Below, piece by piece: positions 17,634 through 25,913 of a stretch of DNA of 32,000 nucleotides. Position 1 is the first letter of the stretch. Each line of letters starts with the position of its first letter. The notes beneath the pieces were generated by a model, which made no database searches, had not been told where the DNA came from, and worked only from the letters and a program-made list of their open reading frames with translations. Source of the DNA: Desulfobulbus propionicus (GTDB lineage: Bacteria > Desulfobacterota > Desulfobulbia > Desulfobulbales > Desulfobulbaceae); NCBI GenBank assembly GCA_002748755.1, contig PDTD01000017.1, forward strand, positions 4,747-36,746. Direction: 5' to 3'. The position numbers and the translations under genes are program-made.

Positions 17634-19621
17634 TAACTGAGCTGTTTTTTCCCTGCCACAAGCTGATCGACAACAGCCGGATCGGCCAGAGTCGAAATAT
17701 CGCCAAAATCAGCAAAATCATCGGCTGCAATCTTACGCAATATTCGACGCATGATTTTACCTGAGCGTGTTTTCGGCAGCCCCGGTGCCCACTGGATCAC
17801 CTCAGGGGTGGCAATGGGGCCTATCTCTTTTCGCACATGCATTCTCAACTCTGCAAGCAGCTCTTCGGTCTCCTCAGCCCAACTCATCAAAGTGACATAG
17901 GCAAAAATGCCCTGCCCCTTAATCGGGTGCGGCATGCCAACAGCAGCAGCTTCTGCCACGGCCTCGTGGGACACCAAAGCAGACTCGATTTCTGCTGTCC
18001 CCAGGCGATGGCCGCTGACGTTGATTACATCATCAAGACGACCCAGTATCCAGAAATAGCCATCCTCGTCGCAACGGGCGCCATCCTCGGGATCATAAAT
18101 ACCCTCATACCGGCTGAAATAGGTTCTCTTGTACCGCTCTGGATCGCCGAAAACCCCCCTGAGCATGCCTGGCCAGGGCCTGCGTATGACGAGATGTCCG
18201 CCCTCATTAACCCCAGCTTCCTCCCCTGCTTCATTGAGTATGGCCGCATCAATGCCAGGCAACGGAAAACTGGCGGAGCCGGGTTTCAGTGAGGTTGCAT
18301 ATGGCAGAGGAGCAATCATAATGCCGCCGGTCTCCGTCTGCCACCAGGTATCAACGATGGGCAATTTTTCCTTGCCCACGTTGACATAATACCACATCCA
18401 GGCTTCTGGATTGATCGGCTCACCCACTGATCCCAGGACGCGCAGACTGCTCATATCATAGCGCTCGGTATGCTCCACTCCCTCCCGCATAAGCGCTCGG
18501 ATAGCAGTCGGAGCAGTGTAAAAGATATTGACCTTGAATTTCTCGACGATTTTCCAAAATCGATCTGGCGCCGGGTAGTTGGGGACTCCCTCAAACATGA
18601 CAGAGGTAGCACCCAGACCAAGAGGGCCATAGAGGATATAACTGTGGCCTGTTATCCAGCCAATGTCGGCTGTACACCAGTATACATCGTCGTCCTTGAG
18701 GTCAAAAGCCCACTGGCAGGTATGCATGACGTAGGTCAAATAGCCTCCAGTGGTGTGCACCACTCCTTTGGGTTTCCCAGTGGATCCCGAGGTATAGAGA
18801 ATAAAAAGCAGATCCTCTGCATCCATGGATTCCGGTGCACAGTCCGATGTAATATCCCTGGCCTCCATTTCTTCGTGCCACCAGCAGTCTCTTCCTTCCT
18901 GCATAGTATGTACTTCAGTCTGTCCCCGGTTGACCACAATGCAGGTCTCCACGCTGTCACATTCCTCCAAGGCCTCATCCGCATTGACCTTGAGCGGAAT
19001 AGCCTTGCCAGAACGCAAAACAGCATCAGCGGTAATCAGCACCTTTGCTTCGCAATCCTGAATGCGACTCTGCAGGGCAACAGCAGAAAAACCTGCAAAA
19101 ACGACAGAATGCACTACCCCCAGCCTAGCACAGGCCAAAAGTGAAATAGCCAACTCCGGTATCATCGGAAGATAAATGGCAACCCGATCACCTTTTTTCA
19201 CGCCTTTCTTTTTTAAGACATTGGCAAATCGACACACCTCCGTATGCAGCATCTGGTAGGTATAAACCCGTACATCCTCTTCAGGTTCACCCTGCCATAT
19301 GAGGGCTGCCTTGTTCCGCCTGCCATCCGTCAGATGGCGATCCAGACAATTTGTTGAAATATTAAGTTTTCCGCCCTTGAACCACTGCACTTCGGGTTCC
19401 GTCAGATCAGCCTCAACCACCGTGTCCCATTTTTTGTCCCAGGTAACGAGTTGTTCTGCCCTCTCCGCCCAAAAGCCTTCTGGATCGTCCATGGATCGTT
19501 TATAGGCTGCCCGGTACTCCTCCATAGATTTGATCCAGGCCTGCTCACGACCTTCCTCTGGCGGCTCAAACGTACTGCCTGCACTCAACAAGCTTGTAAT
19601 TTTAATGTCCTGCTCACTCAT
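17633..19621 (-). CDS. acs: Acetyl-CoA synthetase (AMP-forming)
   Basis: 662 aa with [20 protein letters not shown] and C-terminal [13 protein letters not shown] motifs typical of Acs. Confidence 0.95.
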   Translation of the reverse strand: MSEQDIKITSLLSAGSTFEPPEEGREQAWIKSMEEYRAAYKRSMDDPEGFWAERAEQLVTWDKKWDTVVEADLTEPEVQWFKGGKLNISTNCLDRHLTDGRRNKAALIWQGEPEEDVRVYTYQMLHTEVCRFANVLKKKGVKKGDRVAIYLPMIPELAISLLACARLGVVHSVVFAGFSAVALQSRIQDCEAKVLITADAVLRSGKAIPLKVNADEALEECDSVETCIVVNRGQTEVHTMQEGRDCWWHEEMEARDITSDCAPESMDAEDLLFILYTSGSTGKPKGVVHTTGGYLTYVMHTCQWAFDLKDDDVYWCTADIGWITGHSYILYGPLGLGATSVMFEGVPNYPAPDRFWKIVEKFKVNIFYTAPTAIRALMREGVEHTERYDMSSLRVLGSVGEPINPEAWMWYYVNVGKEKLPIVDTWWQTETGGIMIAPLPYATSLKPGSASFPLPGIDAAILNEAGEEAGVNEGGHLVIRRPWPGMLRGVFGDPERYKRTYFSRYEGIYDPEDGARCDEDGYFWILGRLDDVINVSGHRLGTAEIESALVSHEAVAEAAAVGMPHPIKGQGIFAYVTLMSWAEETEELLAELRMHVRKEIGPIATPEVIQWAPGLPKTRSGKIMRRILRKIAADDFADFGDISTLADPAVVDQLVAGKKQLS

Positions 19622-19690
19622 ATTTCCCTCTAACTGAAGCTTTAGGTGTCAGATAAAATGTCTGTTCTTTTAGCGGATCACTGTTGCCTA

Positions 19691-19911
19691 GCCCGGACTT
19701 CTCATCAACTCAGGGAGACCAGGTTCGGGAATTTTTGGTACCTCATTGTGCTTGGGTATATAAGCGACCAAAATACTGCCGAAGGGGTACCGCCCGGGCT
19801 GAGCGCTGGTGAACAGTTTGAAGAAACTGGCCCTTTATCGTATCTTCAAACTTATTGTCTTTCTTTTATATTTTTTCCAATCTCCACACATGTTCATGAG
19901 GATACCAGATC
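19691..19911 (+). mobile_element. MITE-family copy B (full length, canonical core orientation, decayed R arm)
   Basis: TA then GCCCGGACTTCTCATCAACTCAGGG, a core with TTTGGT-N17-TATATA and GCCGAAGGGGTACC, the inner arm GCTGAGCGCTGGTGAACAGTTTG, and the tail ending CATGTTCATGAGGATACCAGATC. Confidence 0.7.
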
Positions 19912-19955
19912 AAGTATCTTCCCCCACGTACCTCTATCACAAAGCAGGTGCACAA

Positions 19956-19975
19956 CCCTCATAAATTCAGGTGGT
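19956..19975 (+). repeat. Solo L-arm/core-start fragment of the MITE family
   Basis: CCCTCATAAATTCAGGTGGT resembles the left junction of copy C (TTTCTCATAAACTCAGGTGGTGCC). Confidence 0.35.
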
Positions 19976-20170
19976 TGAAAAGCTGTCGGGAAACGACCGT
20001 ATGTATCGGAAACAGCCTCGATTCTTGCTGGCCAAAGAAAAAAGAAAACCGAACATTATCAAGACCCTCCCTTTCTTGATAAAAATATACGAGTACTCTT
20101 CCACGCCTGCTTTGTCAAGGTTTATGAATCAAGAGTTCCCCCACCTCGCCCCCTCCCCTTTCTTCTGCTA

Positions 20171-20392
20171 ACCCGGATTTCTCATCAGCTCAGGTGGTGC
20201 CAGGCTCAGGAATTTTGGGTACCTCATTTCACTTGGGTATATGGGTAACCAAAAAACTGCCGAAGAGGGTACCCCCTGAACTGAGCTTGATGAACAGTTT
20301 GTCGTAATGTGAGCCTGCTTACGGGCAACACCTACATCTGTTTTTGTCTCTTTGTTCTCAAATGAGACAAGATGTTCATGAGACATCCGGGC
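20171..20392 (+). mobile_element. MITE-family copy A (best-preserved, 222 bp; used here as the reference)
   Basis: TA | ACCCGGATTTCTCATCAGCTCAGG (L) | ~80-bp core at 20195-20274 | CCTGAACTGAGCTTGATGAACAG (inner inverted copy of L) | ~95-bp tail | GATGTTCATGAGACATCCGGGC (R) | TA. L and R are inverted repeats (CCCGGAT-T/G-TCTCAT). Confidence 0.8.
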
Positions 20393-20952
20393 TAAAATTT
20401 GGCCCCGGCTATACGCCGCGTTCCATTCTCAAGACATGTTCAGCTCCTCAACAAAATCTGGGGGAAGATTCTGCTGAAAAACCGGTTTTAGATTCTTCAA
20501 AAGATTGTAAGGATGCAAGGTTGTAGCGATAATCTCCTTGAGAACAGACTCAAACTTGACAGTTTTGCGAAACTGTTGGATACTTTTTTTAAGGAGTCCC
20601 CTGAACCCGTGCATATTCAACAAAAGCGCAGATACCAGGCAGCAGTGTGCTCGACTTAAAAAAACTATTGCCGTCATGGCCAGCACGGCAGATGGGTCGT
20701 CCCAGAGGGGCTTCGGCATGCTGCTATGCGCCCTGCCTACAACGAGAACCAGCTCCTGTCACCTTGGCTCTTGCTTCTCTTTGAGGACAATAGGCAGCCC
20801 AGGCACAAGCGCTCAAACCTCACGGACTCAGGAATCACCCAAATAAGCGCCCTGACAAAGGGTATCTTACTTACAAAAATTACCAAAAAACTGCCTTACT
20901 TCGGCAGGCGTGCAGGCTCAGCCTGCTGACAAGATAAGAAGACAGGTATGCT

Positions 20953-23628
20953 GTGACTTTTGCTCTCAAACTTCTCACATTTGCACTTAGCCGCCCACAA
21001 AAAACACTTACCCTGGGACTTGTTTTTTTCATTCTGTCCGGCTTTGCCTTTGCCTCCAGTTTTTCCTTTATCATCTCCCGCCACTTGAGCAAAGGCCTCC
21101 CGCATCCGACTCTTTTTAATGAGGAAGAATCAAGCCTCGCTTACCAAGACGACCTGATTGTTGTATTGCGCAACCCCGGAAACACAAAGGGTGTTTTCTC
21201 ACCGGATTATTTACAAAAGGTCAACCAATTCTGCTCGGCATGGAAAAGGTATTCCGGGGAAAACCCAGCACACCCCAGACTCCTGGCTACCGATTACCTC
21301 GGTATCTGCAATGTGGATATGGTCTCTGAAACAACATTGGGTAGCGCTCCATTAACGCCCCTGCTCCCTGAACAATTCACCTTTACCGACGCAGATATTG
21401 ATCAACTTATCCAGAAGATGAACCATAACATCTTTTTCAAGGACCTGATCATCTCAAAAGGGAACCAGTCAACAGCCCTCTATTTGCCCCTGTATGCCCC
21501 GGGAACGACGGCGGCCCTTACTTCTGTCAGCGATGAACTGGTTCGGCGTTTGGAGCTTCAACCGGATCAGGTGTGCAATGCCGGTCTTGCTCTGTACCGT
21601 GAGACCTTGTTTCATCAGGGGCATCGGACAGCGCTCCTTTCTTCTCTACTCGCCGGCTGCCTTATCTGGATAGGTGTTGCCTTAGTTAACAAAAAAGCAA
21701 GCCATGGGATTGTGATTCTGCTTCCGACAGCCAATGCGACTCTAGCCGTCCTACTCGTTCAGACTGCAACAGGAATGCGTGAAGATATCTTTCTCTTCAC
21801 CACGCCTGCTCTTGTCGCCGCCACCACGCTGATACAGGCGTTATGTTTTGCACATCGAATAAACAACAGCACGAAATGGTCGCCAAAGGAACCGGAAAAA
21901 ATTATCTCTGTCCTGGAACCCCTCCTCCCTGCCTGGCTCCGCCTCATGTACGCCCTGATTGCCGCCTGCCTTTCAATAGGTCTGCTTGCACCGTCTCCCC
22001 TGCTGAACATGGCCATGATACTCGCGGTTGGTATCACCATGGCATGGTTCATGCCTCTGTTTTTTGTCCCCGCAGGGCTGGTCGTCTTTGGCCCAACAAA
22101 AAGAAAAAACAAGCCGACAACGTCCTACCTGCTGCCTCCAGAAAGACCGGAGAACACCTTTCATTTTCCGTATGTGGACCGTCTTGTCCGCAACTACTCA
22201 ACAGTGACCTTTGCCGCGGTCAGTGCCTTTACCTTGGCCTGCGCCTTCAGTACCGCGCTTCTCAAACAGCAGGACACCCTCATTTCCTGGTATGGGAAGA
22301 ACCACCATTTCCAGAGAGCGGAACAACTCATCAATAAAAATTTTGCAGGTGCCTACAAACTCATTCTCCGCCTGGAAGCTTCCGACAGAATGTCCCCTTT
22401 GGAAACAATTGCTGGACAACTGAAAAGTGATCTTTTCAGACCTCTAGCCTCACAGCCGGATATCCGTACACGCATCATGCATCAGATAGACGAAGCCCTC
22501 GCCGCCAGCACCAGCAAAGCCGAACTGTACCACACCCTGGCCCACCAGTGGGAGCAGGAACTCAACCATACGCTGGCCGGTGATATCCTTGCCCAGGATC
22601 TCTGGTCCATTGCACTGGACAGCCTTGCAGCTATTACTTACGACGAAAAACCCTTTTCCCATCCTGACATTCTTCGCTACATCGACCAGCTTTCCCTCTA
22701 TTTACGTGACAGGAGCGCAGCCTCCAAGGTCTTTTCAATTGTGGACCTGACCAAAAAGATGCATCAAGATCTCTACGATGGTGCAACACAGCTGTACTCC
22801 ATCCCTGCAACCACCAACGCCGTTCTCCAAACCTGGCAGCAGTATGGGAAAGGCAACCATCCTGAATCTTTTTCCCGCTTTATTAACAGCTCCTACAACG
22901 CCATAAATATTCTCTTGATCCTCAAAGATCCTAGGCCAAAAACACTCCAGCAACTCCAGGACCGAACCCTGCAATACCTGCAGCGGGAAAAACCACCCAT
23001 TCCCCTGAAAATCAGTTGGCAAGGCAGCCTTCAAGACCACATAACCTGGAGTCACCAACTCAGCCTGGCCACCTTGCTGCGATGGGGGACATTCCTGCTC
23101 ACCGCTGCCATCCTCTTCGGAGCGTTCACACAATCGCTGATCAGCGGCAGCGCACTCCTTGGCACTGGCGTTCTGAACCTTATCATCACCCTTGGCATGA
23201 TGGGGCTGCTCGGTATTCCCATCAGCACAGCGTCCACGGCACTTATCGGCCTGCCTCTACTCACTGCGTCCATCTCCACCTGGTATATCCTCTACAGTGT
23301 GACCAGCCTGATAGAAGATGGGGCATCTTATGGCAACGCCCTCAAACAAACCATTGAACACAGTTCGTTTCCCCTTCTCCTGAGTTGCCTGTGTATCACA
23401 GGCGGGGGATTCGTCTTTGCTTTCTGCCCATATACGCTCTTTCATGGAGCAGCTTTCATTGGTTTTACCTCTACTCTTGCCGCCTGCTTGACCGCACTTC
23501 TTCTTCTGCCTTCTCTTGGCTGGCTCCTCTATAGGGAAGCCGAGATACAGCTCTCACCGGCGCCGATTAGAGGAAAACCCGCACCACCTGCAAAGATCGA
23601 CAGGGTTACCGCAGAGCCGGAAAAATAA
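20953..23628 (+). CDS. MMPL/RND-superfamily membrane exporter (predicted lipid or hydrophobic-compound transporter)
   Basis: 891 aa. Topology by eye: TM1, a large soluble loop, a cluster of ~5 TM helices, a second large loop (aa ~440-700), and a second ~5-6 TM cluster, which is the 12-TM two-loop RND/MMPL architecture. GTG is the first possible start after an in-frame TAA. Confidence 0.7.
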   Translation: MTFALKLLTFALSRPQKTLTLGLVFFILSGFAFASSFSFIISRHLSKGLPHPTLFNEEESSLAYQDDLIVVLRNPGNTKGVFSPDYLQKVNQFCSAWKRYSGENPAHPRLLATDYLGICNVDMVSETTLGSAPLTPLLPEQFTFTDADIDQLIQKMNHNIFFKDLIISKGNQSTALYLPLYAPGTTAALTSVSDELVRRLELQPDQVCNAGLALYRETLFHQGHRTALLSSLLAGCLIWIGVALVNKKASHGIVILLPTANATLAVLLVQTATGMREDIFLFTTPALVAATTLIQALCFAHRINNSTKWSPKEPEKIISVLEPLLPAWLRLMYALIAACLSIGLLAPSPLLNMAMILAVGITMAWFMPLFFVPAGLVVFGPTKRKNKPTTSYLLPPERPENTFHFPYVDRLVRNYSTVTFAAVSAFTLACAFSTALLKQQDTLISWYGKNHHFQRAEQLINKNFAGAYKLILRLEASDRMSPLETIAGQLKSDLFRPLASQPDIRTRIMHQIDEALAASTSKAELYHTLAHQWEQELNHTLAGDILAQDLWSIALDSLAAITYDEKPFSHPDILRYIDQLSLYLRDRSAASKVFSIVDLTKKMHQDLYDGATQLYSIPATTNAVLQTWQQYGKGNHPESFSRFINSSYNAINILLILKDPRPKTLQQLQDRTLQYLQREKPPIPLKISWQGSLQDHITWSHQLSLATLLRWGTFLLTAAILFGAFTQSLISGSALLGTGVLNLIITLGMMGLLGIPISTASTALIGLPLLTASISTWYILYSVTSLIEDGASYGNALKQTIEHSSFPLLLSCLCITGGGFVFAFCPYTLFHGAAFIGFTSTLAACLTALLLLPSLGWLLYREAEIQLSPAPIRGKPAPPAKIDRVTAEPEK

Positions 23629-23717
23629 TCAGTTCCCGACTTGCAAGAACAAACACCAAATGCTGTAAAGCAAACAACTGCAACCGATGTCTAAAAAAAC
23701 CAATGAACCAACACCTA

Positions 23718-23936
23718 ACCTGGACCGCTCATGAATACCTGGTTTCACTTGAGAAAAAATAAAAACAGATGGATGTGATCTCCGTGATCCGGCCTGCATT
23801 TCAACAAACTGTTCACCCAAGGCCTGCCCAGGCAGTGCCAGGTCCGGTAGTTTTGGGTAACCCGTTCTCCTTGGGTATATGTGCTGCCAAAATACTGCCG
23901 AAGGGGGTACCCCCTGGGCTGATGAGAAATCCAGGC
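23718..23936 (-). mobile_element. MITE-family copy G, with arms in reverse orientation but the core flipped relative to the arms
   Basis: TA then ACCTGGACCGCTCATGAATACC (reverse-complemented R arm) and a tail with CAGATGGATGTGAT. The inner arm ACAAACTGTTCACCCAAGGCCTGCCCAGG is followed by the core at 23833-23912, which reads in the same plus-strand sense as the core of copy A. It ends with CCTGGGCTGATGAGAAATCCAGGC (reverse-complemented L arm). Confidence 0.8.
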
Positions 23937-24259
23937 TGACACAATGCAGGGAAACATTCAGTCGTCCACCTTTCTCCTGCCTCAATCCAGGACGGATGCA
24001 GGCAGGGGGACCAGCACCGGATGTCATCCACGCTCTGGGCTTTGGCGACCATCAGGCCCCCTGTCCATAACGGCGTCCTCCGCTCCGGATGCCCCAACGA
24101 CAGCACCTTTGAGTGTTCATTCTGTGATCAAAATTCCGCGTATCTCTATTCCCTTTTTGGGAAAGAAAGCTTATATGTTTTCCTTATTCGCCTCACAAAT
24201 GCAGAGGAATCTGCATTGCTCATTAAAAAATGCCGTGCAGAGGATGCTCCCAAGAGGTG

Positions 24260-24344
24260 CACCTATACCCAACTATACCCAAGCAGAATGAGGTACCAAA
24301 AACAACCGTACCTGACACCGCCTGAGCTGATGAAAAACCCGGGC
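24260..24344 (-). repeat. MITE-family copy E, truncated (L arm plus half of the core)
   Basis: The reverse complement reads GCCCGGGTTTTTCATCAGCTCAGG CGGTGTCAGGTACGGTTGTTTTTGGTACCTCATTCTGCTTGGGTATAGTTGGGTATAGG. The element stops in mid-core. Confidence 0.6.
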
Positions 24345-24403
24345 GGGCAAGCAGGATGTTACAGTACCCAGCACAGTCCCCTACACTACCAGGAGAGCCC
24401 ATA

Positions 24404-24625
24404 ATGATTATAAACGACTGGATTCACGTTATAGCCGGCTTATTCATTCTCATCAGTCTTGCCTTGGGAGCCGACCTCAGCGGCAATCCCCTCTTCATAA
24501 GCAAATACTGGCTACTTTTCACAGCTTTTGTAGGACTTAATCTTTTTCAGTTCGGTTTGAGCAAATTTTGCCCAATGGCGCTGATCCTCAAAAAACTCGG
24601 AGTACCCGAATCTAAAACGCATTAA
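24404..24625 (+). CDS. DUF2892 (YgaP-like) two-TM membrane protein
   Basis: 73 aa from MIINDWIH, preceded by AGGAGAG. Two hydrophobic helices and the C-terminal FCPMALILKKLG motif typical of DUF2892. The track ORF start at 24356 lies in repeat-derived sequence. Confidence 0.6.
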   Translation: MIINDWIHVIAGLFILISLALGADLSGNPLFISKYWLLFTAFVGLNLFQFGLSKFCPMALILKKLGVPESKTH

Positions 24626-24669
24626 AAGGCAGGTTATTTTGCCAAGCTTCATTCAAGATAAAAACAGGT

Positions 24670-25617
24670 ATGACCATGACCACCCACACATTGTATGACC
24701 TAGTGATTGTAGGAGGCGGCCCTGGAGGTATGACCGCAGGGATATACGCCCAACGGGCCGCACTCAAGACCATTCTTATAGAAAAAGGCTATCCCGGCGG
24801 CCAGATGGCTGCAACCGATACGATAGAAAACTGGCCAGGAACCGAGAGCATCACCGGACATGAAATGTCGGAAAACTTTCTTGCCCATGTCAAGGCCTAT
24901 AATCTGCCCATTCTACAGGAAGAAGTAGCGGCCGTGGTACCCGGAACACCGTACCACATTGTCCGGCTCGTCAATGGGGAGGAATATCCATGCCATGCGG
25001 TCATCATTGCCGTGGGCGGCAGCCCTCGAAAACTTGGAATCCCAGGCGAACACGACTATTACGGCAAAGGGGTTTCCTATTGCGCAGTCTGCGACGGTTT
25101 CTTTTTTCGCAATAAGACCGTAGTCGTCATCGGGGGTGGAGATTCAGCAGCAGAGGAATCCCTGTACCTGGCCAAAATAGCAAAAAAAGTGTACCTGGTC
25201 CACAGGCGTGATACGCTACGTGCAAGCATGATCCTTCAGGAAAAGGTCCAAGCTGAACCGATAATAGAAATCCTCTGGAACACGGTCGTCAAAGAGATCA
25301 AAGGAGACGATTTTGGAGTCAACGCGGTGAAAATTGAGGATACGAAAAGTGGTGCCCAAAATTGCCTGGAAACCGACGGGGTTTTTGTCTTCATCGGATT
25401 CAAACCCAATCGCCAGATCATTCCAGCTGACACCCCCATGGACGCAGAGGGGTACGTGGTTACAGACTGCAAAGGGGAGACAAACAATCCCGGCATTTAT
25501 GTCATAGGCGACCTCAGACAAAAATATGCCAAGCAGATTGTGGTTGCCGCCGGTGAAGGTGCCACTGCCGCTCTTGCGGCAGCACACTATATTGATTCCA
25601 AAGAAGCCATATCCTAA
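24670..25617 (+). CDS. trxB: Thioredoxin-disulfide reductase (low-Mr type)
   Basis: 315 aa with VIVGGGPGGMTAG (FAD), the redox-active CAVCDG motif, VVIGGGDSAAEE (NADPH) and C-terminal GDLRQKYAKQIVVAAGEG. Confidence 0.9.
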   Translation: MTMTTHTLYDLVIVGGGPGGMTAGIYAQRAALKTILIEKGYPGGQMAATDTIENWPGTESITGHEMSENFLAHVKAYNLPILQEEVAAVVPGTPYHIVRLVNGEEYPCHAVIIAVGGSPRKLGIPGEHDYYGKGVSYCAVCDGFFFRNKTVVVIGGGDSAAEESLYLAKIAKKVYLVHRRDTLRASMILQEKVQAEPIIEILWNTVVKEIKGDDFGVNAVKIEDTKSGAQNCLETDGVFVFIGFKPNRQIIPADTPMDAEGYVVTDCKGETNNPGIYVIGDLRQKYAKQIVVAAGEGATAALAAAHYIDSKEAIS

Positions 25618-25703
25618 ATCACAGCTAAAGACAGTTCTGGAGGCCGGAGCGCCCTGCTTCCATGCCCAAGTGGCCAGAAGAGGGCGTTGGCCGAAAAGGG
25701 CTA

Positions 25704-25913
25704 CCCCAAATTTCTCATAAACTCAGGTGGTGCCAGGTCCGGAAATATTGGGTAACACGTTATACTTGAATATATGCGTTGCCAAAAGACAGCCGCCTGG
25801 GCGGACCTTGGGTGCACAGTTTGTCGACAGTTAAACTGGCTCACCGATATCACATCCACTTGTTTTTATATATTTTTCTCAAATGAGAGGCTATGTTCAT
25901 GCCATATCCGGAC
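25704..25913 (+). mobile_element. MITE-family copy C (full length, canonical core orientation)
   Basis: TA then CCCCAAATTTCTCATAAACTCAGG, a core with TTGGGT-N17-TATATG, the inner arm GGTGCACAGTTTGTCG, and the tail ending CTATGTTCATGCCATATCCGGAC followed by TA. The terminal C plus TA is the TAG stop of the mlaC-like gene (25913-25915). Confidence 0.75.

Noticed and set aside
20330-20385. Mini-ORF starting at the conserved ATGAAC in the R arm: MNILSHLRTKRQKQM in A, MNIASHLRKIYKNKWM in C, MNTWFHLRKNKNRWM in G. It lies 13 nt after the host stop codon when the element abuts a gene.
   Set aside because: It is intriguing because a 3-nt length difference in C keeps the frame. However, copies I, H, J, K and F stop after 3-9 codons, D reads through, there is no RBS, and the basic composition follows from the A-rich tail. 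Evidence for a coding function is insufficient.
20168-20386. ORFs that span repeat copies end to end: 20168-20386 minus strand (72 aa ending PPELMRNPG), 17313-17636 plus strand (ending PELIRNPG), 23629-24027 minus strand, 24021-24404 plus strand, and 19646-19978 plus strand.
   Set aside because: The shared peptide strings simply reflect nucleotide similarity of the repeats. Different copies are open in different frames and directions, several copies have stops in the same frame, and the starts and stops coincide with the TIRs. This looks like non-coding repeat sequence rather than a protein family.
20429-20719. A 96-aa minus-strand ORF in the acs-MMPL intergenic region, with a faint resemblance of SAVLAMTAIVFL...SIQQFRKTVKFE to the C-terminal region of IS4-type transposases.
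   Set aside because: The resemblance is too weak to call, there is no RBS, and the frame closes 13 codons upstream of the ATG. It is left unannotated and noted only as a possible transposase relic or spurious ORF.
25084-25101. The trxB redox motif is CAVCDG rather than the E. coli-type CATCDG.
   Set aside because: CAVC is a common natural variant of low-Mr thioredoxin reductases (for example in Firmicutes), so it is not an anomaly.
25721-25745. The core start GGTGGTGCCAGGTCCGGAA superficially resembles the conserved SRP (4.5S) RNA CAGGUCCGGAAGGAAGC helix.
   Set aside because: The similarity is limited to about 10 nt. It lacks the rest of the domain IV symmetric and asymmetric loops, and it is present in many diverged copies. 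It is not an SRP RNA gene.
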